DNA from: a virus
Taxonomy: Duplodnaviria; Caudoviricetes
Direction: 5' to 3' (one strand)
Length of the DNA: 54,305 bases
IMG/VR virus record: IMGVR_UViG_3300035660_000014
Coordinates: 1-54,305 of that record
The translations under genes were made by a program, and so were the position numbers. Shown piece by piece: positions 9,385 through 19,366 of the stretch. Numbering within the stretch: the first letter of the stretch is position 1; each line of letters opens with the position of its first letter. The notes under the pieces are model-generated. The model made no database searches and was not told where the DNA came from. It saw only the letters and a list, made by a program, of their open reading frames with translations.

Positions 9385-10108
9385 GAACCGAAGCGTTGTA
9401 TGTTCCCTCTTCGGCGGACACCCTCACGTTCTTCCCCGTTACCTTAACCTCACCTGAGGCGTTGACAACCAACTTCGTCGCGGTGATCCTAATCTCACCC
9501 GTGAGCGGGTTGATGACGATCGACTGCTCGGGCATACCCGCAGAGAGGTTGACCTTCCCGGTCTCAGACCTAACGTTCACGTCCCAGTCGTCCGCACGGA
9601 GGGCGATCTGCTTGGTGGTTTCGTCAAAGGTCAGGTGTGTCTTCCCCTCCTCGAACACCACCTCGAGGACCTTCGAGGAGGAGAACCTGATCCACATCCC
9701 CGACTTCCTGAAAGGTGGCCTAATGAGGAAGATCTCGGGATAGTCTACACCCACATGGGAATCGTGGACAGCCTCTTCAGGCATCTCGTGTGAGACCTGT
9801 TTCCCGTACCACGTACCCAACCACACGGGTGCGGAAGGGTCGCCTTGCTCGAACGTCACCCACACGGAGGACCCTATAGGTGGTAACGCGACAAACCCGC
9901 AGGAGACCTCGTCACCGTTGATCTTGGTCCTCCCCCCACCCATTGGAAGGCACGGTTCTGCCCAGGGGAGGTCCGCGTCTTTGATCCCCTCCCCATAGAC
10001 CTGAGGGACAAATATCTTGAGCCTCCCCGTGTACGGCCACGAGGTTGAGGAGTCGTCGTTGTCCTTGACAACCCCTCGGAAGAGGCCACAATAGCGGTGG
10101 TCACCCAT
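9359..10108 (-). CDS. Baseplate central spike (gp5/gpV, VgrG-like OB fold)
   Basis: FRGVVKDNDD..GRLKIFVP...LPWAEP...LPPIGSSVWVTFEQGDPSAPVWLG. Confidence 0.88.
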   Translation of the reverse strand: MGDHRYCGLFRGVVKDNDDSSTSWPYTGRLKIFVPQVYGEGIKDADLPWAEPCLPMGGGRTKINGDEVSCGFVALPPIGSSVWVTFEQGDPSAPVWLGTWYGKQVSHEMPEEAVHDSHVGVDYPEIFLIRPPFRKSGMWIRFSSSKVLEVVFEEGKTHLTFDETTKQIALRADDWDVNVRSETGKVNLSAGMPEQSIVINPLTGEIRITATKLVVNASGEVKVTGKNVRVSAEEGTYNASVRASGWENH

Positions 10109-11192
10109 AGTAAGTCCTCCGCTCGAGCCTCAAGATCGTTCCCTCCAGAGCGGCCTTCCTGAAGTACTCAACTTCATAGACCAACCAGCGACCGGAGGAG
10201 AAATGGTAGTCCCCGGTGGATCCCCTAACGTCAAGGTTCACCAGTTTCCCGACCTTTGCATCCACCGTCGGAGGGAGAACGACCTGGGTCCTGAACAGTG
10301 ACTGACAGTGTTCCGACCAGAGTGCGACACCGATGTTTTTTGCCACTCCTGGAGGAGAGTCACCCACCTGGAACCTTGGTGTGGCCACAACACGTGCGGG
10401 TAGTTCCGCGGGGACGGGACCCTTCGTCGCCAACTTGATGAAGGGAACAGTGGTGTCGTTCGCAAGCCAGAACACGGGTTCCTTCTTCCCGGGGTCGAAC
10501 CCCCTAACCTGGACAGACCTAGCGTTCTCTGGTGCGAGGAAGGCACCCCTACGTGTGACCTCCAATTTGCTAATGTCACCAAGAGTGAGAGTTCCCAAGT
10601 CACTCCCCTGTTCGAACCTCGGAGGGGTGAACACCAGAGTCTTCCCGTCCTCAACATAGAAGAGGAACCCACCCTGTCCGTTGGTGTCTACCGCGAGAGG
10701 CAACAAGGTTTCGCACACGAACACACCATCCGGGAGACCACACTGATAAACCGAAAACTTCCCGAGAGTGGGTGCCACCCTAGGGGTTAACTTGTTCTGC
10801 CTAGCGATGGTCTCGACCATCTCGGAGACCCTCTTCTGGACGAACGCGTTCTCGTGACAGGACTCGCTTAGGACAACACCCGCATCGGTCCCCTCAAGCG
10901 TCAACTCAGCACCATCCGAATAGTACCTCAGTTTCGCGAGATTCGCGCGAACCTTCTTCCAGGAACCTCGTTGAGGGACCTGATCAACAACAGCGGAGAA
11001 CCGAAGGAGGATCTCCACTTGGTCTTCCAGCTTTACCAACTCGTCCCACTTCCCCCGATCCTTGCTGGACAGGTTCATGGAGTAGGTGGAGAGACCAGTA
11101 AGCGACTCCCTGTAGACACACCCCAAAACCTCCTGGTTGATGGAGAGGTCGTTCCCGTTGACCAACATCTCGATCACAAGAGCTAGGGTCAC
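10101..11192 (-). CDS. Baseplate hub protein (gp27/P2 gpD-like)
   Basis: 363 aa between the LysM-like and spike genes; VSEMVETIARQNKL, VQVRGFDPGKKE, SGRWLVYEVEY. Confidence 0.7.
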   Translation of the reverse strand: MTLALVIEMLVNGNDLSINQEVLGCVYRESLTGLSTYSMNLSSKDRGKWDELVKLEDQVEILLRFSAVVDQVPQRGSWKKVRANLAKLRYYSDGAELTLEGTDAGVVLSESCHENAFVQKRVSEMVETIARQNKLTPRVAPTLGKFSVYQCGLPDGVFVCETLLPLAVDTNGQGGFLFYVEDGKTLVFTPPRFEQGSDLGTLTLGDISKLEVTRRGAFLAPENARSVQVRGFDPGKKEPVFWLANDTTVPFIKLATKGPVPAELPARVVATPRFQVGDSPPGVAKNIGVALWSEHCQSLFRTQVVLPPTVDAKVGKLVNLDVRGSTGDYHFSSGRWLVYEVEYFRKAALEGTILRLERRTYYG

Positions 11193-11518
11193 TCTTCCGT
11201 AACCCCCTGTGCGAGTGCCGCGGAGACTGAGCTAGCATGCGGGATAACCAGTGTCGTCCCAACGGTGAGGTCCTTCAACGGGTTCGCGATGTTGTTGACT
11301 ATCGCGATCGCCCACCACAAGGCGGGGTCACCTAACATCTGGGACGCGATTCGGTCGATCCTCTGGAGGTCGCCTTGGGTAACGGTGTAGAGGTCGTACT
11401 CGGCGAGGTCAATCAGCGGGACTTTCCAGAGACCGAACCTGAGTCTCCCGGGGGAGACCAGGTCGTCGACATGTTGGTTCGTCAACCTTAACCTACTAAC
11501 CGCACCGAGTTCAGCCAC
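11189..11518 (-). CDS. LysM-like baseplate protein (gp53/tail X family)
   Basis: YTVTQGDLQRIDRIASQMLGDPALWWAIAIVNNIANP..LTVGTTLVIP. Confidence 0.85.
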   Translation of the reverse strand: MAELGAVSRLRLTNQHVDDLVSPGRLRFGLWKVPLIDLAEYDLYTVTQGDLQRIDRIASQMLGDPALWWAIAIVNNIANPLKDLTVGTTLVIPHASSVSAALAQGVTEE

Positions 11519-11528
11519 GTCGCACCCC

Positions 11529-12062
11529 TTACTCCCTCACCACGTCGTCACACCTAAGAACGAGGGTGATAAGGTTCTGCTCGTCACGGTCCATGTCACC
11601 CCCGCCCATGTCGATCGAGACGGGCCACAGGTTGACCAACTTCCACCCCCTCCTAGTTTGACCACTTGGTGCTAACCAGAAGAGTCTCCCCGTACCGACC
11701 AGTTTCGGTTTGTCCACGAGGTTCCCACTCGGCATACCCCTAACTCGGCAACACCAGTCCCAGAGGTAGTATCTTACGGGGTTCTCGTAGACATAGTCCA
11801 CGAAGGTTGCAGTGAGTTCACTCACCCGTGAGGTTACGGGGACGTACACCACCAAGTTGTTTATTCGAGCCTCTCTCACCTCAGTGACAACCTTCGGGAA
11901 GGTGCACGAGTGGAGTGCGAGCTCGAGGATCTGAGAGGGCAACTCCTTATAAACCGAAGGCGGGGAGATCCTCAACAAGAAGTTGCACTTCCGCTGGGGT
12001 TCGTACTCACGCGACTCACCAGCAGCGATGTGGTTACCTGATAGTACCGCACTCTCAGGCAT
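11529..12062 (-). CDS. Second tail tube-like protein (gp19-like; tube initiator)
   Basis: Paralogue of 15249..15785 (EPQR..NFLLR, W.L..LWP....G..DMD). Confidence 0.75.
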   Translation of the reverse strand: MPESAVLSGNHIAAGESREYEPQRKCNFLLRISPPSVYKELPSQILELALHSCTFPKVVTEVREARINNLVVYVPVTSRVSELTATFVDYVYENPVRYYLWDWCCRVRGMPSGNLVDKPKLVGTGRLFWLAPSGQTRRGWKLVNLWPVSIDMGGGDMDRDEQNLITLVLRCDDVVRE

Positions 12063-12064
12063 GC

Positions 12065-12640
12065 TTACGCCCTCGACTTACCCTGGAGGAACGACCACTT
12101 ATGCTTCGGTAGGTCCCTCGCCATCATGCCACGTTTGTGACCCGCCACCTGTGCGTAGGTCGGCACCAACTTCAGAGCAACTCTCGCTCTACGATACATC
12201 CCTGTGGGAACGTCCACGGGGAGGGACCACGTCGCCGACACGTGTGCAACAAAGAAGGTTGCCTGGAACCAGGGCGTCCCATCTTTTCCAACCACAGCAA
12301 CGGTTGTGGCGTTGGAGTAGAGGTTGCCACCATTGTTGGGGTCGCCCATGGGGAGGACCATGTCGTACAACTCCTCGACCACGTTCACCAGGTCCTTCGC
12401 GGTGGCAATCCTGTAACTCACACCAGCTTCGAGGTCCAACCTAAGTTCCACATCGTCCACACTCCCACCACTGTAGAGGTGACTTGATGGGTGCGTTCGG
12501 TGCATCACCACAACCTCTTTCAACTTAGTCAGGTACCCTGTGGTGAGTTCCTCAGGGAGGTAAAACCCGAGCTTCACACCTGTTTGTGTGAGGACCAACA
12601 AGGGTTGGTCCAACAGTGTATTAGCCTCGGGGATGGCCAC
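12065..12640 (-). CDS. Hypothetical tail/baseplate junction protein
   Basis: 191 aa ORF abutting the tape measure and tube-like genes; call rests on position. Confidence 0.55.
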   Translation of the reverse strand: MAIPEANTLLDQPLLVLTQTGVKLGFYLPEELTTGYLTKLKEVVVMHRTHPSSHLYSGGSVDDVELRLDLEAGVSYRIATAKDLVNVVEELYDMVLPMGDPNNGGNLYSNATTVAVVGKDGTPWFQATFFVAHVSATWSLPVDVPTGMYRRARVALKLVPTYAQVAGHKRGMMARDLPKHKWSFLQGKSRA

Positions 12641-14223
12641 TAGGTACCCCTCAAGGACGCGACCTTAGAGAGCCACGTGTCAACCCCGACTATGTTGTTG
12701 GGGTTCAGGGTGGACTCGTCCCTGTGAAACTCGTACAACCTCCTCACCTCCACGGCGATCCTATCCAGTGCCTCAAGTTGTTGTGGCGACACAGAGGAGA
12801 TCTGACTAACCCCCTCGACGTACTCCATCGGTGTGGGTTCACGTTGCCCCGCAACTCGCGCTGTGGCACGTGCCATCTCGTAGGGCGTCCCGAGGATCGC
12901 TTTCGCCTCCTCACTGAGAGTCGGAGGTGTGGGTCCACGTGTGGCAGGTGGGAGTGTGGGTGGAGGGATCGGAACAGGGTACGCGGCAGACCCGGGTACC
13001 AACTCAAGACCACGGGGACCCTGCATGTAAATCAACCCCTCCTTCCAGGGCAAACGCACACCGACACCTTCTTCCTCAAACTTCGGTGGTTTGATCTTCT
13101 CCTCTATCCACTGGAAGACCTTGGCGAAGAGGGACTCCTCTCTAAGCCACGTGTAGAACTCACCCAACCTCTCCATCATCCAAACCAGTGACTCCGCGAG
13201 TCTAACCCCGAGGTTCGCCAACACGTTCGCCAGGATGTGGGAGAGCTTCACCAGAGGTGGGATTAGGGGTGTGAGCGCCTCGTAGATCTGCAACAAGGCC
13301 TCCTGGAACGGTGCGGCGAGCATCTGGGTGAGATTCTCCAAGACGGTCACCACGGGTTCCATTGCCATCCGGATGAACTTCAGTGGGGAGAGGACGTCAC
13401 CCAGGATCCTAAACGGTTCGGTGATAACGGACAACAAGTGAGATCCCAAGTAGCTCAGCGCACCTGCAGCAGCACCCACGAGCATTCCATGAGGGCCAGC
13501 TGCTGCACCAACTTGTGCACCTTCCGCAACAGCGGATACGGGTCCAGGGAGAGGTGGGAGTGGAGCGACAACTTGTGCTACCGGGACCTCTAACATGTGC
13601 CTGACAAGGACCGCGCGAGCAGAGGGTGTTGCCAGCTCGAATTGCCTCAACACAGCAGCAGAAATGTCACCCCTTCCAAGTTCCTTCGCGAGCATGGCCA
13701 CCACAGAGGGTGTGGCGGACTCAACCGCACGAACAAAGGCGTCGGACATCTCCTTGGGCATCGCCTCGCCCAACATAGTCCTCATCACGCTCACCGCCCG
13801 AGTGAACTGTTCGGGACTTCCCAGAGCGAGTTTCTCGAGTTGGTCACTGAAGGACTCCACACCTTTGGAGGTTTCCATAAAGGAGGTTGCAACCTTACGA
13901 ACCTCTTCCGCAGACGCACCAAAGGTTTCGAGTGCCTTGACGCTCTGTAGGAGGGACCCCAGAGACCGCGTCACACCAAACTCGATCTCCGAACCCGACG
14001 TTCTCGCCGCGAGAGCGAAGTCAACCACACCCTCCTCCGCGACCCTGAGCGCGTCGCTCGTCGACCTCTCCAGCAAAGCCATCCGCTGGGTAGTGCTGGT
14101 GAACGAGGCTGAGAGAGCCTCTGCAGCAGCCTCAACCTTCTGCTCCATTGAGGCCAGTTGGGGGGAGACCTCATCCTTGAACTGTGCGGTCCACTGAAAC
14201 CCCTGCTCGCTAGGACCCGCCAT
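12640..14223 (-). CDS. Putative tape measure protein
   Basis: 527 aa Ala/Leu-rich helical protein with amphipathic stretches (LTPLIPPLVKLSHILANVLANL); position between chaperone and baseplate genes. Confidence 0.65.
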   Translation of the reverse strand: MAGPSEQGFQWTAQFKDEVSPQLASMEQKVEAAAEALSASFTSTTQRMALLERSTSDALRVAEEGVVDFALAARTSGSEIEFGVTRSLGSLLQSVKALETFGASAEEVRKVATSFMETSKGVESFSDQLEKLALGSPEQFTRAVSVMRTMLGEAMPKEMSDAFVRAVESATPSVVAMLAKELGRGDISAAVLRQFELATPSARAVLVRHMLEVPVAQVVAPLPPLPGPVSAVAEGAQVGAAAGPHGMLVGAAAGALSYLGSHLLSVITEPFRILGDVLSPLKFIRMAMEPVVTVLENLTQMLAAPFQEALLQIYEALTPLIPPLVKLSHILANVLANLGVRLAESLVWMMERLGEFYTWLREESLFAKVFQWIEEKIKPPKFEEEGVGVRLPWKEGLIYMQGPRGLELVPGSAAYPVPIPPPTLPPATRGPTPPTLSEEAKAILGTPYEMARATARVAGQREPTPMEYVEGVSQISSVSPQQLEALDRIAVEVRRLYEFHRDESTLNPNNIVGVDTWLSKVASLRGT

Positions 14224-14473
14224 CGGAGCGTTCCTTACGGGAGTCCTCTATGGATTGGTTAACCAACTCGAGGAGTTCACGTCGTTCGGGTGTCAACAAC
14301 GTACCCGTATCCGTCCAACTCATCCCCACGTTAGCTACCAGCGCCAACCTTTCCTTCAGTAACTGCCTTCGCGCCACCTTCAGGTTCTTGTCGTCCACTC
14401 CTACTGATGGCGATAACTCTTGGACGAAAAAAGTCGTCGGTGAGGGGCATGAGCCTTTCGAACTCCTCGCCAC
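14210..14473 (-). CDS. Tail assembly chaperone extension (gp51-like), probably reached by frameshift
   Basis: +1 frame relative to the upstream gene; no well-spaced RBS and start; GMSWTDTGTLLTPERRELLELV resembles small hub/tail assembly catalysts. Confidence 0.55.
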   Translation of the reverse strand: MARSSKGSCPSPTTFFVQELSPSVGVDDKNLKVARRQLLKERLALVANVGMSWTDTGTLLTPERRELLELVNQSIEDSRKERSDGGS

Positions 14474-15137
14474 ACTTGGGGCAAGCGTAGGAGGGGGTTA
14501 ACACGAGACCACTGTCGTGTACCTCTACCGAACGTTCGATCGTAAGGGAGTCCGCACTTTCCATGTTCTCACACATCGTGAGTGCTGCCGAGGAGTCCAC
14601 CTTCACACCGTCCACGTTGACAATGTGGCGGGAGAGGCGGTAGAAGTGGCCTGTATCACCCTCTCCCGCAATCGGTTTGCTCTCAACGTACCTGGCAACC
14701 TCCTCCTCGTCGCTGACACGGAGCAACCTAAGTTGGACCTTCTTCCCCAGCACAGGGAGGAGAACCTCGAAGGGTTCCTTGTCCTCAGAGGTTAGGACCT
14801 TCAGTTGCAGTCCACTCGGGATGTCCAGTTTCCAGTTGAACCTAGACTTGCACGAGGGGCACTTCACACGGTACTCGTAGTGGGGACCGAAGGTAATGTT
14901 CCTGATGACGAACAGGAGGAAGTACCTGTCGCTACTCAGGAGGTTCGTGACGGGGACCGCCCTGGTCACCAGGCACAGGTCCACCACCCGGTTCAGCAGT
15001 TTGACCCTCTCTGAGCGAGGACTCAGAAGGAGTGACTCCTCTTGGGTAGACATGGGTCTGACTTCAACCCACCCACCGGGGAGTACACCTCCGTAAAAGA
15101 AACCACGACTTGGTAGTTGAACTCTCTCCACGTACAT
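14331..15137 (-). CDS. Baseplate hub/tail assembly chaperone (T4 gp26-like)
   Basis: VQLPSRG.FY, VRPMSTQEE..L, DRYFLLFVIRNITFG, CPSC and CPKC Zn motifs, PLTDDFFRP; AGGAG RBS. Confidence 0.8.
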   Translation of the reverse strand: MYVERVQLPSRGFFYGGVLPGGWVEVRPMSTQEESLLLSPRSERVKLLNRVVDLCLVTRAVPVTNLLSSDRYFLLFVIRNITFGPHYEYRVKCPSCKSRFNWKLDIPSGLQLKVLTSEDKEPFEVLLPVLGKKVQLRLLRVSDEEEVARYVESKPIAGEGDTGHFYRLSRHIVNVDGVKVDSSAALTMCENMESADSLTIERSVEVHDSGLVLTPSYACPKCGEEFERLMPLTDDFFRPRVIAISRSGRQEPEGGAKAVTEGKVGAGS

Positions 15138-15248
15138 GTCTCTCTCCTATCCAACACACAACTGAGACCAGTGGTCGTCCGTTCGGTCCTTCAGGTCTCT
15201 CCCGTGGGGACCGAACATTCAACATGATTTTCATCATCGAAACCACAA

Positions 15249-15785
15249 CTAGGCGGCTGACGCGTTGAGAACCTCGAACCAATCCAACTGGAGGGTCAAC
15301 CCGATGTGGCTCTCGTCCGCGGAGTCCATATCCCCACCACCGTTGGCACCGTAGTTCGCTGCTGACGGCCACACCCCGTGGAGCTTCCACTGACGAGTAG
15401 CCACCCCATCGGGGGCGAACATCAGAAGGGTTGCCTGGACCTTAAAGGCACTGCAGAAACCACCCCTCCCTGTCAGCGGGTCGTACACCTTCCTCCGCCA
15501 CTCTGCGATCTCCCGCAGGGTGCCTTGGTCGACGTAGTCGACCAAGTTGATCTCCATCTGTGGGTAAGTCGTCCTCCCGGGGAACTTCCTCTCCCCGTTC
15601 ATGTACCGGATCTGGTGCACGGAGGTGGTGTCCTGCGGGAACGGACACTTCGAGAGTGAGAGTTCGATCACCTGCCCACTCCCACCCTTGGGTGTCAACC
15701 TCAGGAGGAAGTTGTTCCTCCGTTGGGGTTCGAATCCCCCTGCAGCACCAGCGATATGGTCAGCTCCGAGGGTAACTGGGCACAT
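15249..15785 (-). CDS. gp19: Tail tube protein (T4 gp19-like)
   Basis: FEPQRRNNF, ERKFPGRTTY, W.LHGVWPS motifs; immediately downstream of the sheath gene. Confidence 0.88.
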   Translation of the reverse strand: MCPVTLGADHIAGAAGGFEPQRRNNFLLRLTPKGGSGQVIELSLSKCPFPQDTTSVHQIRYMNGERKFPGRTTYPQMEINLVDYVDQGTLREIAEWRRKVYDPLTGRGGFCSAFKVQATLLMFAPDGVATRQWKLHGVWPSAANYGANGGGDMDSADESHIGLTLQLDWFEVLNASAA

Positions 15786-15815
15786 ACATGCTCTCCTTTC
15801 CTTCCTCAGCTATGT

Positions 15816-17342
15816 TCAAATCCCGGAAAACTCTTCAAAACTGGCGCCTGTTGGCAAAAGCACAAATTCGGTCACGATCATCTCCGCGGCGTGCGTGGGC
15901 TGGATTAGGATTTTCCCCCTCATCTCGTTCCTCGCGATGACTTCCGGGGTGTTGGTGGTGGAGTCGCAGATGACCTTGAACCCATAGAGTCCCCTCCTCC
16001 CCTGGATCGCAAGACACACGGGTTCGACGAGGTCGACGAACCTCTGCCAAGTGGCCTCATCGTTGGGTTCGAACACCAAGTACCTCACAGCGGTCGCGAT
16101 GACCTTCCTCATGTACAACAAGAGCCTTCTGACGTTGATCCTGTCCAGCGAGGTGGTCGCCCTCTGAAGGGTTCTCTGCCCCCAGATAACGAACCCCTGA
16201 CCTGAGAAGTTGACGATCGGGTTGATCGCATTCCCACCACCGTACATGTAGTCCCTCTCACCTTGGGTCGGGCTGTGCTCGATCTCGAGTACGTCGGGGA
16301 GGAGACCTCGATTGAACCCTGCGGGAGCCCACCACGGGTCGGCCACATAATCGGTGTACGCGATCACCGCAGCGGCATGACCCACGGGTGAGATCCACGC
16401 TTCGGAGTCCTGGTTGGAGTCGTAGACCTTCGCCCACGGATAGTACAACGCAGCGTAGGAACTGTTGAGGGCACCAGTCGGATCATCAAGCCCACCTCCC
16501 ACACCGTTGTGCCACTCGACCGCCTGTTGGACCGACTTCCCGTAGGGAACCTCCAAGAGGGTCATACAGTCCCCCCTGGTGGCACAAATGTCGATCAACT
16601 CCGCGACAACCTCCTTCTGCGAGTAACCAGGGACCGCGATGAGGTTGATATCGAGCGTCTCGGGATTCCTGAACAACTGGAGACCCGTTGCGGGGACGAC
16701 CGGAGGACTTCCCGAAACACCTATCACGTCAGAGGTGTCAGCGGGTGCACCGTCGAGACCACCTGAGAACGTCTGAGTACCCACCAGCAGTGTGGTGGGT
16801 GCGGTGTCGAGGACGCTCACGGTGACGTAGTCACTGACTCCGTTGATCCTCGTCGTGATGTAGTTCGGGCTACCCACGTGCGCCGCACCAACAAGTAACC
16901 TGTCGAACACCTCCGCGGTGTAGAGTCCGTCGCGGATCACCACTTTGTGGGTTCCCGCAACCATCCCCGCGGAGATGGTGATGGAGATGGTGTTAGCCCA
17001 ACTCCCTGACGAGTTGGGTGAGAAGCTCAACGTGTCAACCGCACCAGTCCCGTCCTTGACCACGAGCGGGTCGGCTTCCCTGTCGTAGGTTGCAACCCTG
17101 ACAACCCACAACTGGCGACCCCTACGGAGGTACCGTTGTGCCGCGTAGAGACCCATATGCGACACGGAGGGTAACCCGAACAGACCGACAAGCGTTCCCT
17201 CGTCCGTGACGAACGTCAGTTCATTGACGGGACCCTTGCTCGCGGTGGTGACGATACCGAAAATGGATGTGGCCAACGCGGGTGCGTAGAGGGAGAAATC
17301 CCTCTCGACCGCGTAAACCCCTGGAGAGACAACAACAGTCAT
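15816..17342 (-). CDS. gp18: Tail sheath protein
   Basis: VSPGVYAVERDFS, SSYAALYYPW, PWWAPAGFNRG, INPIV..GFVIWGQRTL, LDRINVRRLL, FEPNDEATW. Confidence 0.96.
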   Translation of the reverse strand: MTVVVSPGVYAVERDFSLYAPALATSIFGIVTTASKGPVNELTFVTDEGTLVGLFGLPSVSHMGLYAAQRYLRRGRQLWVVRVATYDREADPLVVKDGTGAVDTLSFSPNSSGSWANTISITISAGMVAGTHKVVIRDGLYTAEVFDRLLVGAAHVGSPNYITTRINGVSDYVTVSVLDTAPTTLLVGTQTFSGGLDGAPADTSDVIGVSGSPPVVPATGLQLFRNPETLDINLIAVPGYSQKEVVAELIDICATRGDCMTLLEVPYGKSVQQAVEWHNGVGGGLDDPTGALNSSYAALYYPWAKVYDSNQDSEAWISPVGHAAAVIAYTDYVADPWWAPAGFNRGLLPDVLEIEHSPTQGERDYMYGGGNAINPIVNFSGQGFVIWGQRTLQRATTSLDRINVRRLLLYMRKVIATAVRYLVFEPNDEATWQRFVDLVEPVCLAIQGRRGLYGFKVICDSTTNTPEVIARNEMRGKILIQPTHAAEMIVTEFVLLPTGASFEEFSGI

Positions 17343-17360
17343 TGGACTCCCTCCTACTGG

Positions 17361-18065
17361 TTAACCTATAACCTCGACGGTGTCCAGCAACGGACCAGGT
17401 ACCACGAGGTCGGGACTGTCGTGGAAATCTGCCACAATCTTCTCCACGATACCATGCTCTTGTGGTTCCACAACCAACCAACCCAACATCACCAGAGTAA
17501 CTGCCAACCTGAGGGTTCTCTGTTTGTTGGGGTCCTCCACGACGGGGAGCCTCTTCACCTCTCTCACGCTCGTCCACACTAGCCGCTCATTCATCGGGAA
17601 GGGGTGGTCGACACTCACATACTTACCAAACCCGGGAGAGGAAAACACCTTGTGGAGTTGTTGCACGACTGAGTCGAGGTCTCTCAACTCCCTCGACCAA
17701 AAAGTAACCTGGTAGGTGAACTTAATGGGTTCCGGCCACTGCATCGAGTACCACTTCTCCTGGCCTTTGTGGGGGTCCCATGTGTGAGCGAACCTACGAA
17801 GCGAGGCGTTCCTCTCACGTGTGGTGTCGAAGTCCTCACCAACCCGATCGATGGAAGCGAATAGGAGGGGGTGGGTTTTTTGTTTGGACGTCTCACCCAA
17901 CCTCTTCCACACCTGGGCGAAGGCTCTCTCGGGTGTTGCAAAGACACACAGTAACGGCTCTCCCGACTCGTTTGGGGGGTACCGGATTGAGTTGTGGAAG
18001 AGGTCAACCACGCTCTTGTCGTAGTTCCAGTAAAACTGAGTCAGTTCTTCAAGCAACTGTGGCAC
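17361..18065 (-). CDS. Tail terminator/sheath stabiliser (gp15-like)
   Basis: FATPERAF, PEPIKFTYQVTFWS motif; directly upstream of the sheath gene. Confidence 0.65.
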   Translation of the reverse strand: MPQLLEELTQFYWNYDKSVVDLFHNSIRYPPNESGEPLLCVFATPERAFAQVWKRLGETSKQKTHPLLFASIDRVGEDFDTTRERNASLRRFAHTWDPHKGQEKWYSMQWPEPIKFTYQVTFWSRELRDLDSVVQQLHKVFSSPGFGKYVSVDHPFPMNERLVWTSVREVKRLPVVEDPNKQRTLRLAVTLVMLGWLVVEPQEHGIVEKIVADFHDSPDLVVPGPLLDTVEVIG

Positions 18066-18387
18066 GTGGCTTCCCGTCCACTAGGGAGAACCCCTCCCTC
18101 GACCTCGCACAGGAGACTGCCGCCTTCAAGCTCATCGCTCGCCTGAGCAGTTTGTTCGCGATCACCGCAGTGGGGTCACACGGTGGGAGTTTGCTCAAGA
18201 GAGTGACCACACCACGGAGCATCTCCTCCGCTTCCGCCAACGTGACAGGCGGACCCGTTACGGTGAGGGAGTTAAACAGTGCTCTGACATGAGGGTTGTA
18301 GGAGAACTTCCCCTCACGGGAGAGGTTCTCGAACCACCTCTTCACACACCCCAGGACCTCATCGAGATAGTATACGTCGGGGGACAC
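18049..18387 (-). CDS. Hypothetical protein
   Basis: GTG at 18387 with GGAGG RBS; overlaps its neighbours in the operon. Confidence 0.55.
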   Translation of the reverse strand: MSPDVYYLDEVLGCVKRWFENLSREGKFSYNPHVRALFNSLTVTGPPVTLAEAEEMLRGVVTLLSKLPPCDPTAVIANKLLRRAMSLKAAVSCARSREGFSLVDGKPRATVA

Positions 18388-18778
18388 CTGACAACCTCCC
18401 AACTGCCTTCCCCACACCTATCCGCCAAAACCCGAGCGGAGGGGTTCCGGTGGGAGACCCGTACTCCAGGTCCACCAGTAACCTCTCGGGAATGCCTATC
18501 TGTGCCAGCAACTGTGTGTCAAACCCCACCCTGAACCCACCTTCTGGAAGACCTCGCACAACCAACGCTACACCAAGGCGTTCCAATAACGTAGCGGGGT
18601 CGCCGTATGGTCCACCCACGGAGACGAACCGAGAGACCCTACCCCTGAGTTCCTCCAACACCTGAGACCTCACGAGGTCACAACTCGCTTGAGCAACCCT
18701 GTTGAGCGTTGCCTTGACACCCACAGAGACTCCGTAGGGGGGACTTCCCGTCTTATTGAATAGCATCCTTGAGGACAC
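18359..18778 (-). CDS. Hypothetical neck/tail completion-like protein
   Basis: LEYGS....PP..FWR C-terminal motif reminiscent of phage tail-completion proteins. Confidence 0.5.
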   Translation of the reverse strand: MSSRMLFNKTGSPPYGVSVGVKATLNRVAQASCDLVRSQVLEELRGRVSRFVSVGGPYGDPATLLERLGVALVVRGLPEGGFRVGFDTQLLAQIGIPERLLVDLEYGSPTGTPPLGFWRIGVGKAVGRLSGVPRRILSR

Positions 18779-18850
18779 TGCGTACCCTGAAGGTTGTACC
18801 GTTGTGTGCTACACTACTTCGTACCAGAAGAATATACACACCCACCTAGG

Positions 18851-19366
18851 TCACTCACGAACTTGGAGCGGGTAAGAGGTTGCCTCCAACCGGAGTTTCT
18901 CCGCGTTAGCCTGCATCAGGAGAGGTACATCGGTGTTGCCGAACCCCGGACCCCTTCTCCACTCCAATACCTCGTAGACCACACCACCGGGGAACTCGAA
19001 CTTGTCACCCGGACCCGCAACCATCACAACCTCCTTCGTTGTGGGGTCCTGAGTGGCAAGACCCACCTCGACGAGGTTGGGTACGGAGACGAAGAGGACC
19101 GCATCTCGGAGTTCCTCGATCCCGAACATTGTGAGAGGGTGGATCTGGTCCGCGGGAGCTACGTATGCCCTGAGGTTCACCACCTCTCCCCACCGCTTCA
19201 TGTAGAGGGGAACCTCGTCGTGGACCTCGTCTATCTCACCCTCAACTGGAGTTTGGAGGACCTGGTACGGGAGGAGTGGGAAGTACCTGTCACACCACTC
19301 CTTGACCATCTGGTAGGTGATGGTGATGTCGTAGATGTTGGCAAAGGTGGGGAAGCTAAACGGCAT
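18851..19366 (-). CDS. Putative head closure/neck protein (gp14-like)
   Basis: LTMFGIEELRDAVLFVS and PGDKFEF motifs; position in the neck region. Confidence 0.55.
   Translation of the reverse strand: MPFSFPTFANIYDITITYQMVKEWCDRYFPLLPYQVLQTPVEGEIDEVHDEVPLYMKRWGEVVNLRAYVAPADQIHPLTMFGIEELRDAVLFVSVPNLVEVGLATQDPTTKEVVMVAGPGDKFEFPGGVVYEVLEWRRGPGFGNTDVPLLMQANAEKLRLEATSYPLQVRE

Noticed and set aside
8968-17342. Bacterial contractile injection system or tailocin rather than a phage
   Set aside because: Capsid, prohead protease and neck genes lie in the same co-oriented gene block.
18825-18845. TATATT possible -10 element
   Set aside because: No matching -35 or properly spaced TGn extension; support is too weak.
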